Of a stretch of DNA of 64,000 bases, positions 30,001-42,000 are shown piece by piece. The stretch's first letter is position 1, and every line of letters starts with the position of its first letter. The notes under the pieces are model-generated. The model saw only the letters and a program-made list of their open reading frames with translations. It did no database searches and was not told the DNA's origin. Position numbers and translations under genes: made by a program. Origin of the DNA: Bugula neritina (lineage: Eukaryota > Animalia > Bryozoa); NCBI GenBank assembly GCA_964035545.1, contig OZ037767.1:631680-695679 (forward strand), given 5' to 3'.

Positions 30001-33000
30001 TCAGTTCAGATAACACACGCTACATTTCCTAATAGTACTCCAGAGAGGAAGCTCAGATCTAAGAATTTTGTTTTTCAAGTTTTGCTCTGTTAAAGAGAAA
30101 GTCACTCCTGTGATTTGCTCTCGCCTTCTTGATGTTGCACGTTGTTCACTTCTAGATAACTATTGATAGCTAACCTGTGATATTATGTTTTAGTACATGT
30201 CGTCTGCTAGTACATGTCGTCTGCTAGTACATGTCGTCTGCTAGTACATGTCGTCTGCTAGAATTAGCTACTAGTCTAAACTCAAGTTCTAGAATATTCT
30301 CTACAGCTAGAGATAACTCTACACTATGGTGTTTGTGTATTCACTCAACTGTGTCTCCCTTTTAGTTCTGTTGAGAGAAGAAACGCTCAGAACAGAGAAA
30401 GGGGCTCTACACACCCCGATGCAGGTAGACATTCATACAATTGGTAGAACTTAAACTATTTGATAAATTAGTTTAGTTGCCAACATCAACTGCTGTTCAC
30501 TCGTAGATTTAAACAGCTCAACATTTAGCTATTATATTTTATGAATTTCCTTTCAAATGTTGTCTTTTTTCAAGTACATGAATTTTGAATTTTTTGCTGA
30601 AATATTAAGGAAAGTCAGTTTGCCAATTCCTATTGTTTTTGATGGTGAATAATAATATTGTGATATATACAACTACTAGGTGATATATACAGCTACTAGG
30701 TGATATATACAGCTACTAGGTGATATATACAACTACTAGGTGATATATACAACTACTAGGTAATATATACAACTACTAGGTGATATATACAACTACCAGG
30801 TGATATATATACAACTACTAGGATACATACAACTACTAGGTGATATATACAACTACTAGGTGATATATACAACTACTAGGTGATATATACAGCTACTAGG
30901 TGATATATACAACTACCAGGTGATATATACAACTACTAGGATACATACAACTACTAGGTGATATATACAACTACCAGGTGATATATACAACTACTAGGAT
31001 ACATACAACTACTAGGTGATATATACAACTACTAGGTGATATATACAGCTACTAGGTGATATATACAACTACTAGGTGATATATATACAGCTACTAGGTG
31101 ATATATACAACTACCAGGTGATATATATACAACTACTAGGTGATATATACAACTACTAGGTGATATATACAACTACTAGTTGATATATATACAACTACTA
31201 GGTGATATATACAGCTACTAGGTGATATATACAACTACTAGGTGATATATACAACTACTAGGTGATATATACAACTACTAGGTGATATATACAACTACTA
31301 GGTGATATATACAACTACTAGGTGATATATACAGCTACTAGGTGATATATATACAACTACCAGGTGATATATACAACTACTAGGTGATATATACAACTGC
31401 TAGGTGATATATACAACTACTAGGTGATATATACAACTACTAGGTGATATATACAACTACTAGGTGATATATACAACTACTAGGTGATATATACAACTAC
31501 TAGGTGATATATACAACTACTAGGTGATATGTACAACTACTAGGTGATATATACAACTACTAGGTGATATATACAACTACTAGGTGATATATACAACTAC
31601 TAGGTGATATATACAACTACCAGGTGATATATACAACTACCAGGTGATATATACAACTACTAGATGATATATACAACTACTAGATGATATATATACAACT
31701 ACTAGGTGATATATACAACTACTAGATGATATATACAACTACTAGGTGATATATACAACTACCAGGTGATATATACAACTACCAGGTGATATATACAACT
31801 ACTAGATGATATATACAACTACTAGATGATATATATACAACTACTAGGTGATATATACAGCTACTAGGTGATATATATACAACTACCAGGTGATATATAC
31901 AACTACTAGGTGATATATACAGCTACTAGGTGATATATACAACTACTAGGTGATATGTACAACTACCAGGTGATATATACAACTACTAGGTGATATATAC
32001 AGCTACTAGGTGATATATACAACTACTAGGTGATATAAACAAATACTAGGTGATATATACAGCTACTAGGTGATATATACAACTACCAGGTGATATATAC
32101 AGCTACTAGGTGATATGTACAACTACCAGGTGATATATACAACTACTAGGTGATATATACAACTACTAGGCGATATGTTGCAGACGTGTCGGTGATAGAG
32201 AACCTGAGCAGGAAGTGGAGAGACATGTCTTACACTCAGAGTGAGGCTCCTGCAGACGTATTGACTGTGTCTGCTTCTCCTCATCCAGTAGAAGATCTCT
32301 TCACCATGGAGAAGGATGAATCTGTGTATTCCCAGGTGAATATCACTAGATGTCATTGTATAACTGTTGATATATCATTAGTTGGAAGTTGTTTTATATT
32401 CAGTTAGACATCATTGTGTTAGAACAGAGTCTTGTTAGTTAATAGGTCTTCCACCTTGTAATTTATCTGAACCTTCACCTCTGCACTCACTTTACCTGCT
32501 CACTCACTTTACCTGCTCACTCACTTTACCTGCTCACTCACTTTACCTGCTCACTCACTTTACCTGCTCACTCACTTTACCTGCTCACTCACTTTACCTG
32601 CTCACTCACTTTACCTGCTCACTCACTTTACCTGCTCACTCACTTTACCTGCTCACTCACTTTACCTGCTCACTCACTTTACCTGCTCACTCACTTTACC
32701 TGCTCACTCACTTTACCTGCTCACTCACTTTACCTGCTCACTCACTTTACCTGCTCACTCACTTTACCTGCTCACTCACTTTACCTGCTCACTCACTTTA
32801 CCTGCTCACTCACTTTACCTGCTCACTCACTTTACCTGCTCACTCACTTTACCTGCTCACTCACTTTACCTGCTCACTCACTTTACCTGCTCACTCACTT
32901 TACCTGCTCACTCACTTTACCTGCTCACTCACTTTACCTGCTCACTCACTTTACCTGCTCACTCACTTTACCTGCTCACTCACTTTACCTGCTCACTCAC

Positions 33001-36000
33001 TTTACCTGCTCACTCACTTTACCTGCTCACTCACTTTACCTGCTCACTCACTTTACCTGCTCACTCACTTTACCTGCTCACTCACTTTACCTGCTGACTC
33101 CCTTTCAGACTAGAGCTAGGATAGACTCAGTGCTGGGAGAGCAAGAAGCTAACCAGAGTTCCCTACACGATATAAACGCTCAGTTGGGGGTGTGGCAGAG
33201 CTCTCTGGAAAGCCACCGACCTGGAAAAGTCACCAGAATTAATGCTGTGCTTGAAGAAATCAAAGAAGCTAAGAAAAGTCTTGGTATGATTAAATAATGA
33301 CTTCAGTAGTTTAACTTTGATTCCCAAGAGTGTGACAGATTTCTGTGAATATTTTTAATTTCTTAATTTTTTCATCTTCCACCTGAGTTCTTTGAGCCTC
33401 AGATCAGTATTTTATCACCAGTAATGGTATAAATTAATTGAATGATATTTGGAAGACAACTCCACTTGTATATATGTATATAATTATGGTTGCAATAACC
33501 TGGTTATTTTACAGCTGAGTTGGCCTCGAGTTCCGTGATGAGTGAGGAAGACTCCATCTGCATGAGCGTTCTGTCCAGAAACATCGACAGCGTAGAACTG
33601 CAAGCTGTCGCTGAGAAACACAACTTAGAGTCAACTCTAGACCTCGAGGAGAGTCAGAAAGAGGCTCTAGCAGACGTGGAGAATCAGCTGAAGGAGTGTC
33701 AGAGGTACGTGGATCAGCTGGAGGTGACACCCGAGAAGTTGCAGGTGTATCTCCCTAACCTGCAGCACCAGCTGGGCCGACTTCAGCGCAACTACAGCAC
33801 CATTCAGGCCATCAACCCCGGCATATGCGAAGGATCAACTGTGCCGGTCAACATTCAGAGGTTACATAACCATATGCAGAGACTTCAAGGTCGACTGGAG
33901 GTCATACCGGAAGAAGAGGGGGCGGAGTCTAACGACGGACAAGACTTATACAAATGGAAGAACAACATGGACAGTGAAGACCCTGTTGAGTCTGATCAAA
34001 CATTGGTATGTATAGTCTTTGGTGTGTAGCTTTTAGTTTATATACCATCTGTATGTATAGTCTTTGGTGTAGCTTGTAGTTTATATACCATCTGTATGTA
34101 TAGTCTTTGGTATAGCTTGTAGTTTATATATCATCTGAATGTATAGTCTTTGGTATAGCTTGTAGTTTATATACCATCTGTATGTATAGTCTTTGGTATA
34201 GCTTGTAGTTTATATACCATCTGAATGTATAGTCTTTGGTGTAGCTTGTAGTTTATATACCATCTGTATGTATAGTCTTTGGTGTATCTCTTAGTTTATA
34301 CACCATCTGTATGTATAGTCTTTGGTGTAGCTTGTAGTTTATACACCATCTGAATGTATAGTCTTTGGTGTATCTCTTAGTTTATACACCATCTGAATGT
34401 ATAGTCTTTGGTGTATCTCTTAGTTTATACACCATCTGAATGTATAGTCTTTGGGTGTAGCTTGTAGTTTATATATCATCTGTATGTATAGTCTCTGGTG
34501 TATGTATAGTCAATATTCTCAGGTTGGGGACACAACTCCAGACGATCTGCTCACACAGCTGTCGGCAGCTCTACATACGCTGACTACAGCGCCCTCTGGT
34601 GGTGAACTCATTCTCGACGATCTTCTCATCAGATACGAAGAAGTGCTGATTACGGCTAAATGTGGCCTTCTAGAACCTTCCGTGTTTACTGAGAGCAGAC
34701 AGGAGGTGGCTGATGAGATTAGGATTACCAGGGTACACTTATTACTCTAGTGTCACAACTAGCACTATGTTTACCTGTCATTGCGTATTAGCACTAGGTT
34801 TACCTGTTACAACTAGCACTAGGTTTACCTGCTACAACTAGCACTAGGTTTACCTGCCATTGCGTATTAGCACTAGGTTTACCTGTTTCACTGGTTAACA
34901 ACTTCCTTTATATTTCAGAGTCTGTCGGCCATGTTTGATCACTACCGTCTGCTGCTCGGCTCAATCGCTGCCTTGTCAACAGACGAGGAAGTGGCTCTGG
35001 CAGCGTCTAGACTTTCATCTCACACTGCTGAGTATCAGAAGAACTGCGTTGAGAGAGTTTCTCTTCTTACCTCTTTATCTAAAGAGTGCAATGATATCAA
35101 CATCCTGTGTGATAAGGAACTGGAAATGCTGAGCAAATTCGGGGAAGATGTGAATACAGATACTATAGGTTGGTATATGAGATGTGAATACAGATACTAT
35201 AGGTTGGTATATGAGATGTGAATACAGATACTATAGTATATGAGATGTGAATACAGATACTATAGTATATGAGATGTGCATACAGATGCTATAGGTTAGT
35301 ATATGAGGTGTGAATACAGATACTGTAGGTTAATATATACTCTATACTGATTGGTTGAATTATATACGCAGGCACTGACGACCTTGAACTTGAGTTGCTG
35401 ACTAACCAATCATCTCACGCAGCCCTTCAGCTCAGACTCCAAGACTTCACTCAGACTACTTCCTGTCCTTTTCTCGTTGCCAAGAAAGAGAAATGTGAGG
35501 AGAAATGGCAGCTGCTCAGTCACCTTGTATCTCAGGCTAAGTAAGTGAAGTTCTTAGACTAGATGGACTGTGTTATAAGTTGCTGACAGGGAGTTAGATG
35601 TTACTCGTGTTCTGTTTGTGTTGTACAGGGAGCAAGAGGAAAAGCAGATGAAGGAGATCTTCTCCGAAGCCATAACAAATCAGTTACGTTCAGAGGGTCG
35701 ACTCGACACGAGTCGGCCATTTCCTGCTGTCATTTGTCAAGCTGCATCTCTACTCGGAAACAACGAGAGTTTGGTAAGCAGAGTATTGAGTATTGTAAAC
35801 AAACAGTAGAGAGCTCAATGCTTTACCTTGTTATTAGCTTCTTCTGTTGAATTATCAATTCAAATATAAAGGTTTGCTCGTGTGCAGACTGTTGATTCAC
35901 GTAGCCTTGGTTCTTGTCTACTAGACACTGATTCAAGGAGACTTATACTCCGACCAGCCCTCTACTAGTGAGATCAGAGCCCAACTCTCCCTGCTGGAGC

Positions 36001-39000
36001 GTAGGACAGGGGAGCTGAGACTACAGACTCAGTCAGTAGTAGAGACGTCTGCTCCTTCAGACTCTGAGCTGGTAGACACGCTGTCAGAGCTGAGTCAGCT
36101 TACCAAACCTGACATGGTGATTGAGAGCCTCGATGAGTTGACTGACCTGACACAGTGCTGTCTGGTAAGTTTGCTATTATCTGGGAACAAAATGCTGTCT
36201 AGTAAGTGTAGTACTGTATAGTAACACCATGTAGTATGATAAGTATAGTACTGTATAGTAACACCATGCTGTCTAATAGGTGTAGTACTGTATAGTAACA
36301 CCATACTGTCTAGTAAGTGTAGTACTGTATAGTAACACCATACTGTCTAGTAAGTGTAGTACTGTATAGTAACACCATGCTGCCTAGTAAGTGTAGTACT
36401 GTATAGTAACACCGTGCTGTCTAGTAAGTGTAGTACTGTATAGTAACACCATGCTGTAGTCTTACAAGGCTGAGCTGTCAGAGAGACTGAAGCTAACAGA
36501 GTTAATACGTAGCCAGTATTCCTCAAGAGGAGAGGGCATTATTACGGCTGCTCTACAGGCCACCCAAACCTTACACAAGGCTAAACTCGAGGCTATTGAT
36601 GAGACAGGTGCTGCCCAGCAGTTACGTAATCTGTACCAGGTGAGTGAAGTCATCAAGTAGTGCTCAATATGAGCTGTAGATTCACCTTGACACTACCTTT
36701 CTGGACATTTCTTGCTCTTTTCTATTATGAGATACATTTCTGTAGTGGAAATAACTCCCCATTGTGTGACAGGCCTGAAATTATGGTCTTGGAGTTTAGA
36801 ATTGCTTAGAATGCTTGCTAGAAGTTTGAGTTCAGTTGGATTATTAGAAATTATACATGTTTAAGTTTGTTAGTCTAATCGTAGCCTGAAGTGTGATTTT
36901 CTGTAAAAGCCACAACATGGATATTTAGCTAAATAAATGGTTTGATATACTCTGTGTGTTATTAATCTGGGCTATAATATTTGTATATGCTGGTGACTCG
37001 TACCGTACATGCAACTGTTAACTCTCTCTACTGTAGACTTTCAGCAAGGAGAAGCAAGACTACGAGGCCTGGGTAGACCAGAACTCCTTCTCCATCCACA
37101 ACTGTCCTCTCGGGGACGACACCGTCATCTCCCAACTCCTGAGTAAATACAAGACCCTGCTGACTAGGAACAAGGACATGACTAAGACAAGGGACGCTCT
37201 GTACAGGCAGCACGCAGACCTCAGTCAGCACGAGCTCTGCTCTAACGCTGCCTCTGCTGACATCAAGTCTTCACTCGACCAACTCGCCACCAGACAGGTT
37301 TGGGATGTTATATCTATCTCACAGGATGCATATAGTGTGTTATAGTCCAAGGAGAGTTCCAGTGTATCTCAAAAGATGTAGTTTCAACCTCAACTCAGCC
37401 TTTATTCATACAATGCCTTAGTTGTGTGATAGTGTGGACTAGCAGGGCCTCATTCTAGTAAGATGTTTCAGCTTTCAGTAAACACTTGCAGGATGCCCTG
37501 TGTCGTGAAGCAACCAACATTGTCTTCAAACTGGAAGTTATACATAAGAAATGGACTGACTACAGCCGCGCTGTTGATGACCTCCTTAGTCTGATGACTC
37601 AGTGTCGACTTGACGTGGAGACGGTGCCCGTGTTAGCCTCAGAGTCAGAAAAGGTGAGTACTTAGCTTAGAAACTATTTCAACATATGATGCTTTGTTTA
37701 AACGAGTAGAAATAACTAACTTCTCCCTACTTGATTTGTTATATTGACATTTGATGTGATGGCAGGACATGTCAGTGCACGTCAAGCACCTGTCACGTCT
37801 GGCTGACAGGCTGGAACAGAGCACCTTGCTAGCCACCATCTCTCAGCTGACAGATCAGCTCAGACAATCACTTACAGACGACCTGACTAAGCAGTGGCTA
37901 CTAGACAGACAGGGGGAGATGACTGCTCACAGACGTGAGTTACTCCACACTATTCGGCAGGTGGCAGACGTGTGGACGGAGTCTTCTAGGATCATGGCTC
38001 GGTATGAGAGGGGGTGTGTCGCGGCACAGCGCTGTATCACAGGTAGTTACTCTTCTACTCTGTTTCTATGTATTACTATTACACAGTTACTCTTCTACTC
38101 TGTTTCTATGTATTACTATTACACAGTTACTCTTCTACTCTGTTTCTATGTATTACTATTACACAGTTACTCTTCTACTCTGTTTCTATGTATTACTATT
38201 ACACAGTTACTCTTCTACTCTGTTTCTATGTATTACTATTACATAGTTACTCTTCTACTCTGTTTCTATGTATTACTATTACACAGTTACTCTTCTACTC
38301 TGTTTCTATGTATTACTATTACACAGTTACTCTTCTACTCTGTTTCTATGTATTACTATTACACAGTTACTCTTCTACTCTGTTTCTATGTATTACTATT
38401 ACAGAGTTACTCTACTACTCTGTTTCTATGTATTACTATTACACAGTTACTCTACTACTCTGTTTCTATGTATTACTATTACACAGTTACTCTTCTACTC
38501 TGTTTCTATGTATTACTATTACAGAGTTACTCTACTACTCTGTTTCTATGTATTACTACTACACAGTTACTCTTCTACTCTGTTTCTATGTATTACTACT
38601 ACACAGTTACTCTTCTACTCTGTTTCTATGTATTACTATTACACAGTTACTCTACTACTCTGTTTCTATGTATTACTATTACACAGTTACTCTTCTACTC
38701 TGTTTCTATGTATTACTATTACACAGTTACTCTTCTACTCTGTTTCTATGTGTTACTATTACACAGTTACTCTTCTACTCTGTTTCTATGTATTACTATT
38801 ACAGATTGCGAGGAGTTGGTAACACGTCTCGATCCAAACTGTGAACTGGTTGACCTTGAAACTCAAGTCAACTCGGCAAAGAAGGCGGAGTCAGCCCTCA
38901 CTGCTATCCAATGGGAAGAAATCTTTAAACAGCAGAAAGATATCACGTCACTCATTAATCACCCTCTGCTACAGGTTTGTTTCCTGTCAACTTCACTCTC

Positions 39001-42000
39001 TCCTTACTGTTACTGTGGAGACTATTCCTTCTGGTGACCTAATTCTGATTATTTTGTAGGTCAGCCGTCTGCACCATCAAGCTCGAGTAATGGAGGACGC
39101 CTTGGTTAAGTTCACCAGCCAATGTTCGAGTAAATGCTCCAAATTTACTCTGTTTTCCCTCCTTCTGCAATCACTAACTGATTTCTTGAGTGACCTTGAA
39201 ACTGAGGCTGTCATTACTACGCCTTTCAGTCAGCTTGTCAGCAATCCTCATGAGGCAGCTGTCAGTCTACAAACTCTCGAGTCCCTCACATCTGCCATGG
39301 TTAAACAGAAGCAGAAGCACCAGCAGCTGAGAGAAGCTGCCCTTGCCTTGCCTCTAACCAACGCCTTGTCTGGCCAGGTGAACGCCCTGGATGTGAGATG
39401 GACGGAGTGTCAGTCTATTGTCACCAGCAGACAGGAGCGTATACAGGACTATTGTCTTAGGTCTGCTGATCTGAGTGTCAAGTACAAGCTATGGTGTGAT
39501 TGGTTAGAGCGGATTCAGTCACTCCTCTCTCCTGTTCATCCATCATCAGAAGAATCTCTGCGCAGCAGACAGACCAAGTACCAAACTGTCATGGCTGAAA
39601 TGCCGTGTAAATGTAAAATCTTAAAGTCTATAATCAAAGAAGGAGACCAGCTCTCTGCCCTAGAGTCCAGACCGGGCCAGCCTAGAGTCCAGGCCACAGA
39701 GCTGCAGTCACAGTGGACGCAACTACAGGAAACTCTGAAGGCTAAAAATGATTTCGTAGAAGAAACTTTGCAGAAATGGGAGACTTTCAATACTCTGCGA
39801 GAAAGACTGGGGCACGCCCTGAGCACCCTGGACAGCGAGTTACAGTTAGTAACCCTGACTAAGGAGGCTCACCTCAACATGGTCGACAAAATACCTGCCC
39901 TGAAGAGTGCCTTCGAAAGACACCAGCAAGTTGCACGACTTATGAGGCAAATAGGGCAGCGCTTGCTGCCGGATTGTGATGATAAAGCTCAGGGGAAGAT
40001 AACTTCAACTACAAAGAGTCTCCACACCCAGTGGCAGTCAGTCTTGTCTAAACTCATAACACAGAGTGAGGAATCGTCCTCTCTTATATCCACTCTGCGA
40101 CAACTAGAGTCCGCATTTGCCTCCCTCAACCAAGAGTTGAAGTCTGTGCGAAAGGAACTGCTAACTGCTCTATCTGAGCACCACGACAGTTTGCAGGACC
40201 AGAGAGCAAAGTGTGACATGCTGGATCAGAGGCTGGAGGAGATCAGCAGCAGACTAGCCCTGACTAAGTTTGACCTTGCCAAGGTCGACGGTCACATAGA
40301 GGATATGAGCTCGTTGGAGACCAGAGTGTCCATCTACGAAGGTCTGTTGACAGAGACCAAAGGTCAAATCAAGAGGAGACAACTGCTGCTGAACTCGAGG
40401 CTGTCTATTTGGTCAGATTTCATGGAGAGAGTAGACTCACTGCTTGCGGACATGCAGAGGTTAGAGCGGTGCTACCTCAACGACTCGCACTACACCATAG
40501 AGGAGCTCTTGGACAAGATAGCGAGTCAGTATGACTCGGAGCTCATCAGAATGGAGAGTAGAGTGGATCTGTTGACAGCAGAAGGAGAGCGTCTGCTGCC
40601 TCTCAGTGGAGAGATCTACTCGTGTGCCATCAAACACAACTGTGCCTCTCTCAGCACCACCATCCTGAGACTCAACAAACTGGCAGACACCAGAACTGCC
40701 AAGCTGAGAGAGACTCTCACCGCTATACTGGAGTTTGAGAGTGGAATGCAGGCGCTGAACTCCTGGCTAGTGAACACAGAGAGGGTGCTGTGCAGCAATG
40801 AGCTGCCAGAGTGGAGGAACGAGACGATAGCAGACCAGCACAGCACCATCTCTCTGCTAGAGAACAATATCGACCACCATGGTAGAGTGGTGACTGCCGT
40901 GGTGAACTTGTGTAGCGTCCTACAGCATGATCAGGATGCCTCTCAGAGTCAGCGTGATAAGCAGGCTGTGGCAGCGGTCAGGTTGATACTCAAGGACAGG
41001 TGGAAGACGCTGTGTAACAAGGTACTCTATATTATATATAATCTTATAATATACTCTATATTATATATAATCTTATAATATACTCTATATTATATATCTC
41101 ATAATATACTCTATATTATATATCTCATAATATACTCTATATTATATATCTCATAATATACTGGTACTCTGTATTATATTATTATATAGCCTACGTTCTC
41201 TGTTATGCAGCTGGTTGACAAGAGACAGTGGCTAACGGATGTGGCCTCCATATGGCACCAGATGAGAGGTCACACTCAGCAGGTCAAGGACATTCTTTCA
41301 GCCTATTCCAGAGAGGTGCAGAGAGCTAAGACCTCCTACATCTCGGTGGCCATGGCTGAGTCGGAGCTGAGTAACTACACGGAGATGCTCCATGAGTTCA
41401 CGTCTAAACGTGACGACTTGAAGCTAATCAACAGGAGATATATGTTAGTACTGTGTGCCCTTCACCTTAGCCCTCTGTAGCCTTAGTCTCCTCTGTAGCC
41501 TTAGTCTCCTCTGTAGCCTGAGTCCTCTGTAGTAGTCATAGTTTAATCATAATTTAGTTTATGTTGCCACAACTTTGACTCTAGCATCTTATAATGCACA
41601 TTAACCTCTACAGATACATGAACAGAAGGTGCATGGTGGACACATCTGGCATGGTGAAGAGAGCAGTGGATGAATGCAATGAACTGTGGGATAAAACCTA
41701 TCAGTGTCTGCAGGCAGTTGTCCGTAGACTGAAACACACGTGCCAAGTGTGGAAGGACTACGAGACGTCTAGAGAGGAGGTGCTCACCGAGTTGGGGGCA
41801 CTAAGTCTAGCTCTGAAGAGAAACCGTGAACTCAGCGGCCATGTTGGTCAGCGACTCGGTGACATTTCTCCCAAGGTGAAAGGATGTGCCTTCTAATTGT
41901 GTGGATATAATAACACAGCTGTAAGAATTGACCTGCTGAGGAAGTTTTCAACATATTTTGTTAGACTGAGAAAAACAATATTGTTGACTAAAGTTGTTTA

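Noticed and set aside
25144-33094. Long repeat arrays as CRISPR arrays
   Set aside because: Head-to-tail units with no unique spacers, no cas genes, and a eukaryotic intron context.
37935-38844. Hydrophobic repetitive ORFs as a membrane protein
   Set aside because: Translation of the 40-bp intronic array; only relevant if the intron is retained.
39536-40867. Minus-strand ORFs opposite the large nesprin exon
   Set aside because: Antisense shadows of a long coding exon.
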